Assembly (NCBI GenBank): GCA_030390025.1
Contig: CM059432.1
Location: 79,548,001 to 79,612,000, forward strand
Source: Squalus acanthias
Lineage: Eukaryota
Direction: 5' to 3'
Length of the DNA: 64,000 nt
Shown piece after piece: positions 12,776-26,890 of the stretch. The translations under genes were made by a program, and so were the position numbers. Position 1 is the first letter of the stretch. Each line of letters opens with the position of its first letter. The notes below the pieces were generated by a model that made no database searches, was not told where the DNA came from, and saw nothing but the letters and a program-made list of their open reading frames with translations.

Positions 12776-14857
12776 CTGTATAAATAAAAATAATTATGCT
12801 GTAGATTCATTTATTTTTTATAAAAGTTCCCCATTTACTCTTATTTTTCTCCTATTTTCTATATTTAATGCTGCATAAGTCAAGCCAATAGGACTTCCAC
12901 AGTTAGTATCCTACTTCAATTTGCAATAATTGTCATAGTACTTGTCAATGTAGGTCAGTACAATAAAATCAATATTAATGATTTTATGACAAGCATTTCA
13001 TAGAGAATAATGGATAACCGAGAGTGATTACAAGTATACAGGTCATATAGTAGACTATGAGAGTGAAGCCTAAAAAATGTATAAATATTGCTGGTAACTC
13101 CTAAAAAAAAAGTCAGGAAATCACTCCCATTTATCAATTTAAAAAAATTATATATAAATGAATATATTTACAAAATCACACGCCCACTGTGCAGTATTGC
13201 CCAATGGGTTCTCCATCAGATCTTAATCTATTAATCTCAATGGACAGAAAATTATGTGAAGCGCACACATGAAGTCCCAATATTCACTCCTGGCAGGTGA
13301 GGCTTCATCAGGGGAGCGTAATTTCATATAATTATCCCTATATTCTCTGGCATTGGTAAAGGCAATTTTAATCAATCTTCGTTCATCAATGGTGGGTGTT
13401 GTGGCTGATATTGATGTAATTACAAGCAATAATTCACACAGAAATTCCAGAAAATAATGCAATTAATATATGTCATAATCCAATAATTGTTCCTTTTCAT
13501 TAAAAAAAATATACAAGGTGGCTCAATGGTAAACCATGTTGGTGCGCCAATACAGAATAGTAGGACATGGAACGCTCCATCATGATATCCCCCATCTCAA
13601 TTGCTCCTTATGATGACACCATGACTGCAGTGTCAGTTTGAGTGATACACTTCCTCAGATTGAGAAATACAAAACTGGAAATGGAGTCAACCCATGCTGC
13701 TTTCACATAATTCCTAAAGATTAAAGTGGAACAATTAGAGATGTGGCAACAGGTCACCTGCAGGATTTTCATTTGGGGAATGGTATCCTGCATGGAATGA
13801 CAAAAGGTACTGGGGGGAAATAACATACAAAAATAGCAGGACAAGAATTTATTTTTCTCAAATGTCGATATTTCCTAGAGGAGTTACCAGCAAATTATGA
13901 CATTATCATCTCTCTGATTTATCCATGACATAAGTTTTACAAGCAAAAGTTCAGAGCAGCAGGAACAAATCAAAACTTGTGGCAGGCCTATAAAGACCAG
14001 TGGTCACCTGGAAATGTCAGAGCAATACACTCGGGAATCCAATTTGCAGCTACTCATTCCAGCATCACAAACACCTCTGACCAAAAGTTACAAACTTTTT
14101 GACACTCCCATATTAAAAATCTCGAACCCAAATATCACATGAAACTATAAGGAGTATCTCTCCAAAGAAGTTGCTGTAATTTAACAGTGATTGTCTTCCC
14201 AAATTATATGTTTACGCAAACCAAGCAAATCATGAAGACAAGTACTCCATACCTCAACATGGCCTTCTCAGCAGAAGAAAATGCAATAATGTTAGACAAA
14301 TTATTTGCACAGGACATCTTGAGTAAGCAATACTTTAGTGATAATTATCACTGTATATAGATAAAAGGGGGAAAAAATTACTGAAAGATTGCCCTGAAAT
14401 GTTAACTCGTTCTCACGCCATAGATACTGCCTGACCTGCTGTGTTTCCAGCATTTCTTGTTTTTATTTTAGAAATAAGTGTTTCCTTTCAACTAAATTCA
14501 CTTTTTCCTTTAACATGTGAAAATTTGATATCACAATTTTAGTTTGGCAGCTCTATGCACCACACCATGGTAAGACTTGGGTTTGCATTCAATATTCACC
14601 ACATAAGCATATTCCTGATATCATGAGTGCCACTATGGAGATAGGTTGACTATCTGGCAGAGCTGTGAGAACAGTTCCACAGCTTGCTCTCTTGATTCTG
14701 GATGGTGCATGAAGATTATTTGACCAGAAAGAGGAGAACAGATATCATATTTTTTATGAGTTTTTATTTTGATTTCTACCACGTGAAAAGATATTCTTTA
14801 AACCACATAGTCCCACAATATCAGAGATTTGTATCAAACCTAAGAAAGCTAAAATCA

Positions 14858-15076
<219 letters not shown>

Positions 15077-15179
15077 TCAGCTGTCCCAGTAGATAGTGCC
15101 TCGTCTCTATGCAGCACTCTGGTGTCAGAGAGACAATTATCCACAGATAAACTTTAAGTTTTCAGCCCCCACATCATAA

Positions 15180-17430
15180 TCTCTGTAGTCCCCCAAGGAT
15201 CTATCTTTGACCCCCTCCTATTTCTCATCTTCATGCTGCCCCTCAGGTAAATCATGCTTGACTAATCTACTGGAATTTTTTGAGGATGTAACTGGTAGAA
15301 TAGATAAGGGAGAACAAGATGATGTGGCGTATTTGGACTTTCAGAAGGCTTTCGATAAGGTCCCGCATAAGAGATTAGCGTGCAAAGTTAAAGCACATGG
15401 GATTGGGGGTAAGGTACTGACTTGGATAGAGAACTGGTTGGCAGACAGGAAGCAAAGAGTTGGAATAAATGGGTCTTTTTCCGAGTGGCAGGCAGTGACT
15501 AGTGGGGTACCGCAGGGATCGGTGCTAGGACCCCAGCTATTCACAATATATATTAATGATCTAGACGAGGGAACTAGATGTAATATCTCCAAGTTTGCAG
15601 ACGACACAAAGCTGGGTGGGCGTGTGTGCTGTGAGGAGGATGCAGAGAAACTCCAGTATGATTTGGACAGGTTGGGTGATTGGGCAGATGCATTGAAACT
15701 TATAAAATTCTAACAGGACTAGACAGACTAGATGCAGGAAGGATGTTCCCGATGGCGGGTGAGTCCAGAACCAGGAGTCACAGTCTAAGGGGTAAGCCAT
15801 TTAGGACTGAGATGAGGAGGAATTTCTTCACCCAGAGAGTGGTGAACCTGTGGAATTCTCTACCATAGAAGACAGTTGAGTCCAATTCATTAAATATATT
15901 CAAGAAGGAATTAGATATATTTCTTAAGGCTAAGGGGATCAAGGGATATGGGGAGAAAGCAGGGACAGGGTACTGAATTTGGATGATCAGCCATGATCTC
16001 ATTGAATGGCGGAGCAGGCTCGAGGGGCCGAATGGCCTACTCCTGCTCCTATCTTCTATGTTTCTATGGCAGATGCAGTATAATGTGGATAAATGCGAGG
16101 TTATCCACTTTGGTGGCAAAAACAGGAAGACAGATTATTATCTGAACGGCAATAGATTGGGAAAAGGGGAAGTGCAACGAGACCTGGGTGTCCTTGTGCA
16201 CCAGTCGCTGAAAGTAAGCATGCAGGTGCAGCAGGCGGTTAAGGCGGCAAATGGTATGTTGGCCTTCATAGCAAGAGGATTCAAGTACAGGAGCAAGGAT
16301 GTCTTGCTGCAGTTGTACAGGGCCTCGGTGAGACCACACCTTGAGTATTGTGTGCAGTTTTGGTCGCCTTATCTGAGGAAGGATGTTCTTGCCATGGAGG
16401 GAGTGCAGCGAAGATTCACCAGACTGATACCTGGGATGGCAGGAATGACTTATGAAGAGAGATTGGGTCAATTAGGCTTATATTCGCTAGAGTGTAGAAG
16501 AATGAGAGGGGATCTCATTGAAACTTATAAAATTCTAACAGGACTAGACAGACTAGATGCAGGAAGGATGTTCCCGATGGCGGGGGAGTCCAGAACCAGG
16601 GGTCACAGTCTAAGGATAAGGGGTAAGCCATTTAGGACTGAGATGAGGAGGAATTTCTTCACCCAGAGAGTAGTGAACCTGTGGAATTCTCTACCACAGA
16701 AGGCAGTTGAGGCCAATTCATTAAATATGTTTAAGAAGGAGTTAGATATATTTCTTAAGGCTAAAGGGATCAAGGGATATGGGGAGAAAGCAGGGACAGG
16801 GTACTGAATTTGGATGATCAGCCATGATCTCATTAAATGGCGGAACAGGCTCGAGGGGCCGAATGGCCTACTCCTGCTCCTATCTTCTATGTTTCTATGT
16901 TATCAGACTGCCTGCCCGACATCCAGCCTTGGATTCCAGCCAAAATCTCCTCCAAATATACATTGTGAAGACCGAAGCCATTGTCTTTGGCCTCCACCAT
17001 AATCTCCGTTCTCTAGCCACTGATTCCATCTCCCTCCCTGGCCACTGTCTCAGGCTGAACCAGACTGTTGGCAACCTCGGGATCCTATTTGACCCAGAGC
17101 TGAGCTTCCGACACCATATCCTCTCCATCACAAAGACCGTCTACTTCCGCCTAATATCGACTGTCTCTGCCCCTGCCTCAGTCTCAGCCCATCTGCTGCT
17201 GAAACCCTCATCCATGCTTTCGTTACCTCCAAACTCAACTATTCCAACGCTCTCTTGGCTGGCCTCCCACCCTCCTTAAACTTGAGCTCATCCCAAACTC
17301 TGCAGCCCATATCCTAACTTGCACCAAGCCCCATTCACAAATCGCCTCTGTGCTCACTGACCTACATTGGCTCCCAATAAAACAACGGCACAAATTAAAA
17401 ATGATCATCCTTGTGTTCAAATCCCTCCAT
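15180..17430 (+). mobile_element. L2 LINE remnant interrupted by CR1 copies (15247-16900)
   Basis: ccccctcctatttctcatcttcatgctgccc before the insert; after it KTEAIVFG..NLGILFDPELSF..LHWLP. Confidence 0.75.
15247..16900 (+). mobile_element. HER1-like CR1 LINE (RT to 3' end) containing a second near-identical 3'-end copy at about 15693-16066
   Basis: [39 protein letters not shown]; tail ctcctatcttctatgtttctatg occurs twice. Confidence 0.92.
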
Positions 17431-17469
17431 GAAATATTTAAATATTCATTGTGCAGATGCCAATAATCC

Positions 17470-17835
17470 AGGACCTGAGCACATAATCTCAGTTGACACT
17501 CCAGTGCAATACTGAGGGAGTGCTACACTGTTGGAGGTACCGTATTTCGAATGAAACATTAAACTGAGGTCCCTTTTGTCCTTTCAGGTGGAGGTAAAAG
17601 ATCCTATTGCACTATTCAAAGAAGACGAGCGGAGTTCTTCCGGTGTCCTGGCAAACATTTATCCCTCAACAAACACCACTAAAACAGTTCAATTGGTCAT
17701 TTATTTCATTGCTGTTTCTGAGAACTTGCTGTGGCTTCAACGTTTCCCGACATTACAACAGTGACTGTACTTCAAAAGTAATTAATCGGGACATCCCGAG
17801 GTCATAAAAGGCGCTATATAAATGCAAATTCTTTC
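17470..17835 (+). mobile_element. DeuSINE (SacSINE1-like)
   Basis: gtgctacactgttggaggtaccgtatttcgaatgaaacattaaactgagg..aaagatcc..ggcgctatataaatgcaaa. Confidence 0.8.
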
Positions 17836-17930
17836 ATTCTTCCTGAATTTGGCTTAACAGTGCATACCATTTGTCTCATATTTTTTCTTTCAACAGTCTT
17901 TTCAAAGAAACAAATGTTAGAATTGGCTTA

Positions 17931-18125
<195 letters not shown>

Positions 18126-18284
18126 TTACAAAAACACAACATAAAAAACTGTAATTTTTTTTAATGCAGTTTTAAAAACGTTTCAGCTTTAAATATCTGC
18201 ATGTGCACACTTTTGTTACATTAAAACTGCAGAAATATGTATTCCTGTATGTTATACTTAAATTACTGAGAATATTAATACATT

Positions 18285-19029
18285 GGGCCAAAAATTCATC
18301 CCGCGACGCGAGAGTACGCACTGCGTACTCTCGCGTATTCCCACTCCAATTGCTGGTTTTCTGCATGCCCTGCGCATGCGCTGAAAACCGGCAATTGGTC
18401 TTTTGAAAAGGGGGCGGTTCCTCAGTGCATCGCGTGTGCGCTACAGGCTGTGCGCACGCTGTGCACTTCATGCTTTGGACGCGCAGGTAAGTACAGAAGA
18501 TTTTAGAAATGGAAAAAGGAGGAGTAAGACCCACTTTTAACAAGGTAAGTAGTGAATTAAGTATTTTTTTGAATTTTTTTTAACAGGTATATCTTTTTTA
18601 GAGACTTTAAAGACAGGTAAGTTTATTTTTATAACTTTTTAAAAAGATTTTAAATTTTTTCAAAAATTTAATTTTTTATTTAAAATGGTTAATTTATTTA
18701 ACTATACTTATTTTATTAATGTGATGGGTTTTTTTTTTTATTTAATTGAGGTTTAGCTGTTATTTTGGGGGGGTGTAAGATTCATAGATTTCACAGCACG
18801 TATGTGAAACTTATGAATGGAAGATGGTGTGCTGCCATTGGCTCTAACTGAGTCACGTGATCCCACAGCTCGCACGAATTCACTACGCCGGTGGGATACG
18901 CAAGCACTGCCCAGCTGATGTCTGGAACATCAAGTTCGTGCGAGCTGGATCTGAAAAAGCACAAGCGGAGTGAGAGATCGCGGGGAAGCCTTATCCCCGC
19001 GGGAACAGAGCGAGATCAATTTCTGGGCC
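18285..19029. mobile_element. Harbinger-type MITE
   Basis: TIRs GGGCCAAAAATTCATC / GATCAATTTCTGGGCC, same GC-AT-GC architecture as 10523-11256. Confidence 0.7.
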
Positions 19030-19085
19030 TATATATGTACTATTATTATTTATTTTAGTGCTTTAAAACTAAATCATTGCAGCTT

Positions 19086-19305
19086 GGCCTTCCAACAAGT
19101 TGTGCTATGGTAAGGTTATCAGCGCTCACCATTATTAGGGAGTAAATTGGACAGCAACTTCCGGCGTCCACACATGCACAGTTAAATACGGAAATTAGGA
19201 CATTGCTGTCCAAGTTGCCCTGCTCCTCCACAAGCTTGGCTACACCGGTACCTCACCGAGAGATTCGGCATTAAAATACATGAAGGGCATGAAGTTGTGG
19301 TACTT
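19086..19305. mobile_element. Fragment of MITE family M
   Basis: gacagcaacttccggcgtccacacatgcacagttaaa..gccctgctcctccaca, homologous to the reverse complement of 62520-62660 and to 20740-20840. Confidence 0.65.
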
Positions 19306-20655
19306 GAAGGATAAACCTGCAATTATAGGCCAGTCAGTTTAATGTCAGTAGTGGGGAAGCTTTTTGAAACAGTATTCCAGAAGAAAATTAACAGCCACTT
19401 GGACACGCATGGAATAATAAAGGAGACCCGGCATGGATTTGTTAAGGGCAAATCGTGTTTGACAAATTTGATTGAGTTTTTTGATGAGGTAGCAGAGAGG
19501 GTGGATGAGGGCAGTGCAGTTGATGTTGTGTATATGGACTTTCAAAAGGCATTTGTTAAAGTACCACATAACAGGCTAGTTAGTAAAATTGAAGTTCATG
19601 GGATAAAAGGGGCAGTAGCAGCATGCATATAAAATTGGCTAAGGGATAGAAAACAGAGAGTTGTGGTCAATGGCTGTTTTTCAGACTGGTATACAGTGAT
19701 GTTCCCCGGGTTCAGTACTAGGATCACTGCTGTTTTTGATATACATTAATGACTTGGACTTGGGGGTGCAGAGCACAATTTTGAAATTTGCAGATGACAC
19801 AAAACTTGGAAGTGTAGTAAACAGTGAGGAATATAGTAACAGACTTCAAGAGGACATAGAAAAGCTGATTGAATGGGCGGACACGTGGCAGATGAAATTC
19901 ACCGCAGTGTGAGGTGATACATTTTGGTAGGAAGAATGAGGAGAGCTAAATGGTACAATTTTAAAGGGGGTGCAAGAACAGAGAGACCTGGGGTTGTTTG
20001 TGCACAAATATTTTAAGGTGGCAGGACAGACTAACAAAGCAGTTAATAAAGCATATGGGATCCTGGACTTTATAAATAGAGGCACAGAGTACAAAAGCCA
20101 GGAGGTTAGGCTAAACCTATATAAAACACTTGTTTGGCTCCAGATAGAGTATTGTGTCCAATTCTGGGCACCTCACATTAGAAGGACATGTGAAGACTTT
20201 GGAGAGGGTACAGAAGAGATTTACTAGAATGGTTCCAGGGATGAGAGATTACAGTTATATGAATAGACTGGAGAAGCTGGGGTTGTTCTCCTTAGAGCAG
20301 AGAAGGTTAAGATAGAGTAGATGTAGAGAAACTGTTTCCAATGGCTGAAGGGTCGATAATCAGAGGGCATAGATTTAAGGTGATTGACAAAAAGAACCAG
20401 AGGAGACATGACAAAAAACTTTTTTTTAATGCAACAAGTGGTTAGGATTTGGAATGCAATGCCTGATAGGGTGGTGGAAACAGATTCAATAGTAGCTTTC
20501 AAACGGGAATTGGATAAATACTAGAAGGAGAAAAAATAGCAGGGATATGGGGAAACAGCGCAGGAGTAGGACTAACTAGATTGCTCTTCGAAAGACCCGG
20601 TACAGACTCGATGGGTCGAATGGCCTCCTTCAGTGCTGTAACATTCTATGATTCT
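19306..20655 (+). mobile_element. CR1 LINE 3' half, decayed
   Basis: [34 protein letters not shown]; tail cattctatgattct. Confidence 0.88.
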
Positions 20656-20704
20656 AAGCACATAGTTAACAGGCTGAATGGCTTCCTTCTATGCTGTAAA
20701 CTCC

Positions 20705-21085
20705 AGGGTTCTTAAATTCCAATTTGTTATTGTTGCATATGCGCAGTAAATGTGTGGAAATCAGGAAGTTGCTGTCCGAAATGCCCTGCTCCTCCACAAG
20801 CTTCGTGACACCGGTACCTCGCTGATAGATTCGGCATTAAAAGTGTAAAAGAATTTTTAACAGCGTGATAATTCTTAATTACTACCAAACAACCTTTCTA
20901 GCACTGAAAATTTAGTTTTACAAGTGCAGAGTCTTGTTCCTGCAGATTTTTAAAAAATGATTTTTTTTAACTTTTTCTTTCTGTTGCTTTTATCTCTCTT
21001 AATCCCATCTTTCTGTCCCTCTCTTTATTTTGCTTTCTGTACATGATTTTACATTGCATTAAAAATTCTAATTCATACGTCCTAC
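20705..21085. mobile_element. Fragment of MITE family M, abutting Harbinger B
   Basis: Homologous to the reverse complement of 62290-62600 (taattactacc..ctgaaaa..tacaagtg..gttcc). Confidence 0.6.
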
Positions 21086-21559
21086 GGGGGAAAAATTCGG
21101 TACCTTAGCGCCTCCTGTTAGCGCCGGCACTAAAGCATTATCGCCGGGCCACACACCAAATCCCAACCCCCCGCCCCCCATGCAGCGCCGCCGCTAACAG
21201 TTATCGCCGGGAGCCTCAACATCAGGTGGATCATGACATCAGTGAGTGTGCAACGCTCACTGAGCGCCCGATCTGCAACATTGATTGTCGCCACCTACCT
21301 TAGTGCCTGGAGGAAACAGGAACAAGGAAAGCTGGCATGAAGCAACAGGAAGCTGGCTCCAGGGGTGTTATTTAAAGGGATCATCAGTAATGAGTCGCAG
21401 CTGTAGGTTAGTGGAGTTTCAGTGCTTCGTTGTCAGTTTCACATAGTGCAGCAGTCTCATTCCGTAATTTCAACATTCAGTATCAGGAGCATTGTGGCAA
21501 CTAAAACGTAGCTACATTTATTCTTAAAAAAAATCAAACTGCTACACTTGGTTACATTA

Positions 21560-22728
21560 ATGGGCGCTGTACTGGCGGTCGGCTTCGCCCTCCAGGATCT
21601 ACAGCGGAGTGAGCGAGAAAGACTGGAACATGTAGCCAGAGGGAGGAGGAGGGCCATCAGGGCTCTCAACAGGCGGCCTTACCCTCCGAGGGTATTCCGA
21701 GAGCGCTTCTCCTACCGCCAATTAAGCGAGGAGCAGTGTATTAGAAAGCTCTGCTTCATCAAGGAGGTGGTCACAGAACTCTGACACCTCCTGCACCCAG
21801 ACCTCAGATCAGGGCGACCACGGCTCTCTCAAAAGCAGTCAAGGTCACTGTCGGTCACAATTTCTTCGCCAGCAGATCCTTCCAGTCTGCAACAGGAGAC
21901 ATAGATAACATCTTGCAGTTTGCCGTCCGTTACTGCATCCAGGAAGTCACAGTGACCCTCTACAGTAGGAGAAGGTACTACATTTCCTTCCCCATCACCA
22001 GAGAGAAGCAGGACGAGCGTGCATGTGGCTTTGCTAGAATAACAGGCTTTCCCATGGTGCAGGGCGCCATTGACTGCACACACGTGGCTTTGCAGGCACC
22101 GCATAACAATCCTAAGATCTTCCGTAACCACAATGGCTACCACTCACTTAATGTGCAGTTGGTGTGCGACCACAGACAGCGAATCCTCAATGTCAATGCC
22201 CGCTATCCTGGCAGCAGCCACGATGCCTTCATCCTGCGCCAAACCGGTGTGCCAGCACTCTTCCAGCCATCCAATCAAGCTCGCGGCTGGCTGGTTAGAG
22301 ACAAGGGCTATCCGCTGTCCACCTGGCTCATGACTCCCCTCCACAACCCCAACACTCCTGCCCAGCACTCATATAATGAGAGCCATACTGCCACCAGGAA
22401 CATCATCGAGCAGACCATCGGGGTGCTCAAGCAACGGTTCCGCTGCCTTGACCGCTCGGGAGGAGCCCTCCAGTACTCGACTGAGCGGGTGTCCCATTTC
22501 GTGGTGGTCTACTGCATGCTCCACAACTTGGCCAGCCCTTGCCACCAGGGATTGCGGGACCACCTCAGGAGTAGGAAGAGTGAGAGGAGGAGGAGGAGGA
22601 GGAGGAGGAGGAAGAGGAAGATGAGGAGGAGACGAGGACGAGGAACAGGAGCGAGGGAGGAGGCAGCCACTCAATCGGCCTTCCGGAAGGGCGGTCCGTG
22701 ACGCCTCATCAGACTGCGGTTCGAATGA
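21560..22728 (+). pseudogene. Harbinger transposase, near full length with stops and frameshifts
   Basis: [78 protein letters not shown], acidic (GAG)n tail. Confidence 0.92.
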
Positions 22729-22893
22729 ATTAAAGCCCAGATCCCCGTTGCTCACCACATCCCCATCATTCCATCCCTGTCATAGGCCATAAAACAGCGC
22801 AAAGCTGAAATGAGACACACCACAAAAGAATCCAAACTCAATTAATACATTTATCAATAATCAGTGAACACATATTTACAACAAAAATATTAA

Positions 22894-25684
22894 CTATTCA
22901 CCCTTAGTGCCTCTCGTTACTGTGCCTTTGCCTACTCTAGTGCTCCTACGAAGTGTTGGCCCAGTGGCTGCAGCAGGGCTGGTGAAAGGCTGCTGAGTGT
23001 CCGTGCAGGAGACTTCAGATGGCCTTGCAGGATGCCCTCGACCTGCTCTGGGCCTGGAAGACCTGGCTGTGGACTGCACCACCTCAGCATGGGCAGCAGC
23101 AGTCTGGGCTGGCTGGATGACAGGCAGCGACAAAGGCAATGGCGGAGTGCCAGTGGTGGGAGCAGGAATGTTGTCATCCTGAGAGAGGACAGCAAGTTCC
23201 TGCTCCACTGACCCACTGCCACTCCCCCGGAACAGCACCTCAGCATCCCCAGCAATCTGTTGGAGCACAGATTGCTTGTCTGCTGCAACACCGTGAAAGC
23301 CCCGGTTGGCAGTGGTAGACCCAGCCACGCTGGCAGCAGTCAGAGCTTGCAGGGCATCAAGCTGAAACTGTATGAGAGCAATCTGAGATTGGATGCCACC
23401 AAGCATAGACTGCATTACAGCACTAAGACGTTGCGTCACATCCGCCTGTGCTGCAATGGAAGCTGCCAGATCGGCCATCATACGCGGCATCAGGTCTGGG
23501 TCGCCACGGTCTACCATCCTTTGCAGACTGGAAATGATGAGCTCCATGGTGTGCGCAGACCCTTGTGGTCTCCTCCATGCTCCTTATCATTGCTGAGAGG
23601 CTCTCGGGCACCCTTGCCATTGCACCTATCATCTCCATGCGCATGCCCATCACCCTTCTTCTAAACACCTCCCCATCAAGGCCCTCATCAGAGTCCTGTG
23701 CAGCAAAACTCACGCGCGAACTTGCCCTTCGGGGAGCTGGCCCCGGAGCTACTCTTTCCCCCTGGCCTTGCTGCAGCCCACTCGTCCCCGGTGCCTTACC
23801 CTATGCGGATCCCGCTACTATACTAGCCTCTAAAGAATGTGTAGTGCCAATATCTGAGCTGGTGCCTGCGGGTGAGACATGCAGTGACGCGGTGTGTTCT
23901 TCCTCCTCCACTTCTCACGCCTCGCTCTCTACGGTGCCCTCAGGGAGAGGCTGCTCAGGTGCTTGCTCATTATCTGAAAGCAGAAAGGCACAAGAGTCGG
24001 GTTATGGTGAGGGCAGGGGGCAGGGAAGCCAGAAATGCATGCATACAGCATGAGTAGCTTGTAAGTGAGAAAAGATTGTGTACTGAGGGGGAAGTGGGAT
24101 GTGAGAAGAAGGATTAAGGAATGAACATACCATTGTTGTCCCCAAGGGGGTCAACATCGCCGGTGACCACGGTGCCGACGATCTGGCACCCAATGATCTC
24201 CAGCACTTGACTCTCCAGCTGGCTCAGCTCTTCAATGCCCGCCTGTCCACTCCTGCTTCCGGCGATTGTAAGCGATCTTAGCCTGCAAGAGCAAGGGAAG
24301 TGTGCCAGTGAGTATGGTGCAATGTGTTTGGGTGATGTGCCTGCCACAGTTGAATAGCTGTCATTGTGTGCAAGGTGCGAGTGTTGATCAGTAGAGATTG
24401 TTGGTGGGAGAGAACAGAAGAAATAGGAGCAGGAGTAGGCCATTTGGCCCCTCGAGCCTGCTCCGCCATTCAATAAGATCATGGCTGATCTTATACCTCA
24501 ACTCCACTTTCCTGCACTATCTCCATATTCCTTAATTCCCTTAATATCCAAAAATCTATCGATCTCTGTCTTGAATATACTCAACGACTGAGCCTCCACA
24601 GCCCTCTGAGGTAGAGAATTCCAAAGATTCACCACCCTCTGAGTGAAGAAATTTCTCCTCATCTCAGTCCTAAATGGCCGACCCCTTATTCTAAGACTGT
24701 GACCCCCTGGTTCTAGACTCCCCAGCCAGGGGAAACATCCTCACTGCATCTACCCTGTCAAGCCCTGTAAGAATTTTGTATGTTTCAATGAGATCACCTC
24801 TCATTCTTCTTACCTCTAGAGAATATAGGCCTAGTCTACTCAATCTCTCCTCATAGGACAATCCCCCCCATCCCAGGAACTAGTCTGGTGAACCTTCGTT
24901 GCACTCCCTCTATGGCAAGTATATCCTTCATTACGTAAGGAGACCAAAACTGTACACAATACTCCAGGGGTGGTCTCACCAGGGCCCTATATAATTGCAG
25001 AAAGACATTTTTACTCTTATACTCAAATTCTCTTGTAATAAAGGCAACATACCATTTGCTTTCTTAATTGCTTGCTGTACCTGCATGTTACTCTGCTTTT
25101 CTATTTTTCCTACCAAAATGGATAACTTCACATTTCTCCACATTCCATTCCATTTGCCATGTTCTTGCCCACTCACTTAGCCTGTCTATATCCCCTTGAA
25201 ACCTCTTTGCATCCTCCTCACAATTTACATTCCCACCTAGCTTTGTATCATCAGCAAACTTGGATATATTACATTTGGTCCCCTCATCCAAATCATTGAT
25301 ATAGATTGTGAATAGCTGAGGCCCAAGCTATTGAGAGTGCTGGGGGTGTGATGCACTGAGCAGTGTGTGAAGCTTGTGGTACAGATGGTGGTATCTGGCA
25401 AATTGCTAAAGCCTTCACTCACCCTGACCACCCGTGTGAGGTCGTTAAAATTTTTTCCTGCACTGGGTGTGGGTCCTGGAGTCCACAGTGCTGCCCTGGG
25501 GACCCCAGTGCTGCCCGTGACGTGATCCGCTATCTCCCTCCAGATAGTGCGGCAAACTTGTGGCGGGGGCCTCCTGCCAGTTGACGGGTATAGGACCGCC
25601 CGCCTCCTCTGCACCACGAACCAAAACCTGAAGAGCTTCATCGGAGAACCTACGGACTCTCTCCCTCTGTCTCCGTTCTGCCAT
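22894..25684 (-). pseudogene. Harbinger Myb/SANT gene, 3 exons, frameshifted, with CR1 in intron 1
   Basis: MAERRQRERVRRFSDEALQVLV..LYP..W.EIA.HV..RTHTQCRKKFNDLTRVVR|gtgagt; exon 2 about 24283-24131; exon 3 to LRRSTRVGK. Confidence 0.8.
24411..25328 (-). mobile_element. HER1-like CR1 3' fragment with internal deletions
   Basis: [29 protein letters not shown]; tail ggcctactcctgctcctatttc on the minus strand. Confidence 0.88.
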
Positions 25685-26440
25685 GGTTGCTACGGATGTC
25701 TTCTGACTGTTGTTTGCTTTGTTGTTGGGGCAGCTGGGGACCCAATAAGAATGACAATGAGGTGCTGCAGCATCAATGAACCTCCCTTTTAAGTAGTGGG
25801 AAAAGCCTGTGGCAATCATGACTTGCAATTAGACTGCCCCCGATATTGGTCCAGCTTTTCAGTATAATGCCAATGAGCTTGAGTTTTTAGACTAGAATCA
25901 TGACTACAAACATTTTAATGAGGAGTTAGCACGAATTTTGCGTAAATCCTTTTTAAAAAATCAATATTTAGGTGGGGCAGCTTGACCTTTTTTAGTCTAA
26001 ACACTGCCCATTTCTTAGCTATAACAAATTTCTAGCCCTTTGGACCACCACTGTTTTTAGCTGTTCACCATTTAGAAAGTACTCTGATCTATCCTTTTTA
26101 GGTCTTGCCTGTATTAAAATCCATTTGCCACAGTTTTTCCCTTTCACTTAATCTATTAATTTCTCTTTGTAATTTTATGCTTCCATCTACACTGCTTACA
26201 ATGCCGCCTATCTTTGCATCATTGGCAAACTTGGATATGTGGCTCTCTATCCCATCATCTAAGTCGTTAGTAAATACAGTGAATAGTTGAGGCCCCAACA
26301 CAGATCCCTGTGGGACGCCACTAGTCACATCCTGTCAATTGGAGTACCTGCCCATTATTCCTACTCTGTGTCTCCTGCCGCTCAGCCAATTCCCTAACCA
26401 GGTCAATAATTTGCCCTCAATTCCATGAGCTTCAACTTTA

Positions 26441-26890
26441 AAGAAAAGAAAAAGACTTGCATTTATAAAGCGCCTTTGACGAACACTGGATGTCCCAAAG
26501 CACTTTACAGCCAACTAAGTACTTTTTGAAGTGTAGTCACTGTTGTAATGTCGGAAACACGGCAGCCAATTAGCACACAGCAAACTCCCACAAACAGCAA
26601 TGTGATAATGACCAGATAATCTGTTTTTAGTGATGTTGATTGAGGGATAAATATTGGCTAGGACACCTGTGATAATTCCCCTGCTCTTCTTCGAAATAGT
26701 GCCATGGGATCTTTTACGTCCACCTGAGAGTGTAGACGGGACCTTGTTTAACGTCTCATTCGAAAGACGGCACCTCCGACAGTGCAGCACTGGAGTGTCA
26801 GCCTAAATTTTTGTGCTCAAGTCTCTGGAATGGGACTTGAACCCACAATCTTCTGACTCAGAGGTGAGAGTACTACCAACTGAGCCACTG
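26441..26890 (-). mobile_element. Full-length DeuSINE (SacSINE1-like)
   Basis: A box TGGCTCAGTTGG, B box GGTTCAAGTCC, Deu-domain-like gaggtgccgtctttcgaatgagacgttaaac..aaagatcccatggcact, L2-type tail. Confidence 0.88.

Larger units (their letters stand above)
21086..26038 (+). mobile_element. PIF/Harbinger DNA transposon B (defective)
   Basis: Left TIR GGGGGAAAAATTCGGT; probable right end AAATTTCTAGCCC (imperfect, no matching TSD); convergent transposase and Myb genes. Confidence 0.85.

Noticed and set aside
22560..22701. Poly-Arg C-terminus in ORF 21913..22701
   Set aside because: Frameshift artefact of a (GAG)n tract that encodes poly-Glu in the homologous element C.
26820..26890. tRNA gene (also at about 29950-30044 and 34030-34092)
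   Set aside because: A/B boxes are heads of SINE or LINE copies continuous with repeat bodies; no convincing cloverleaf.
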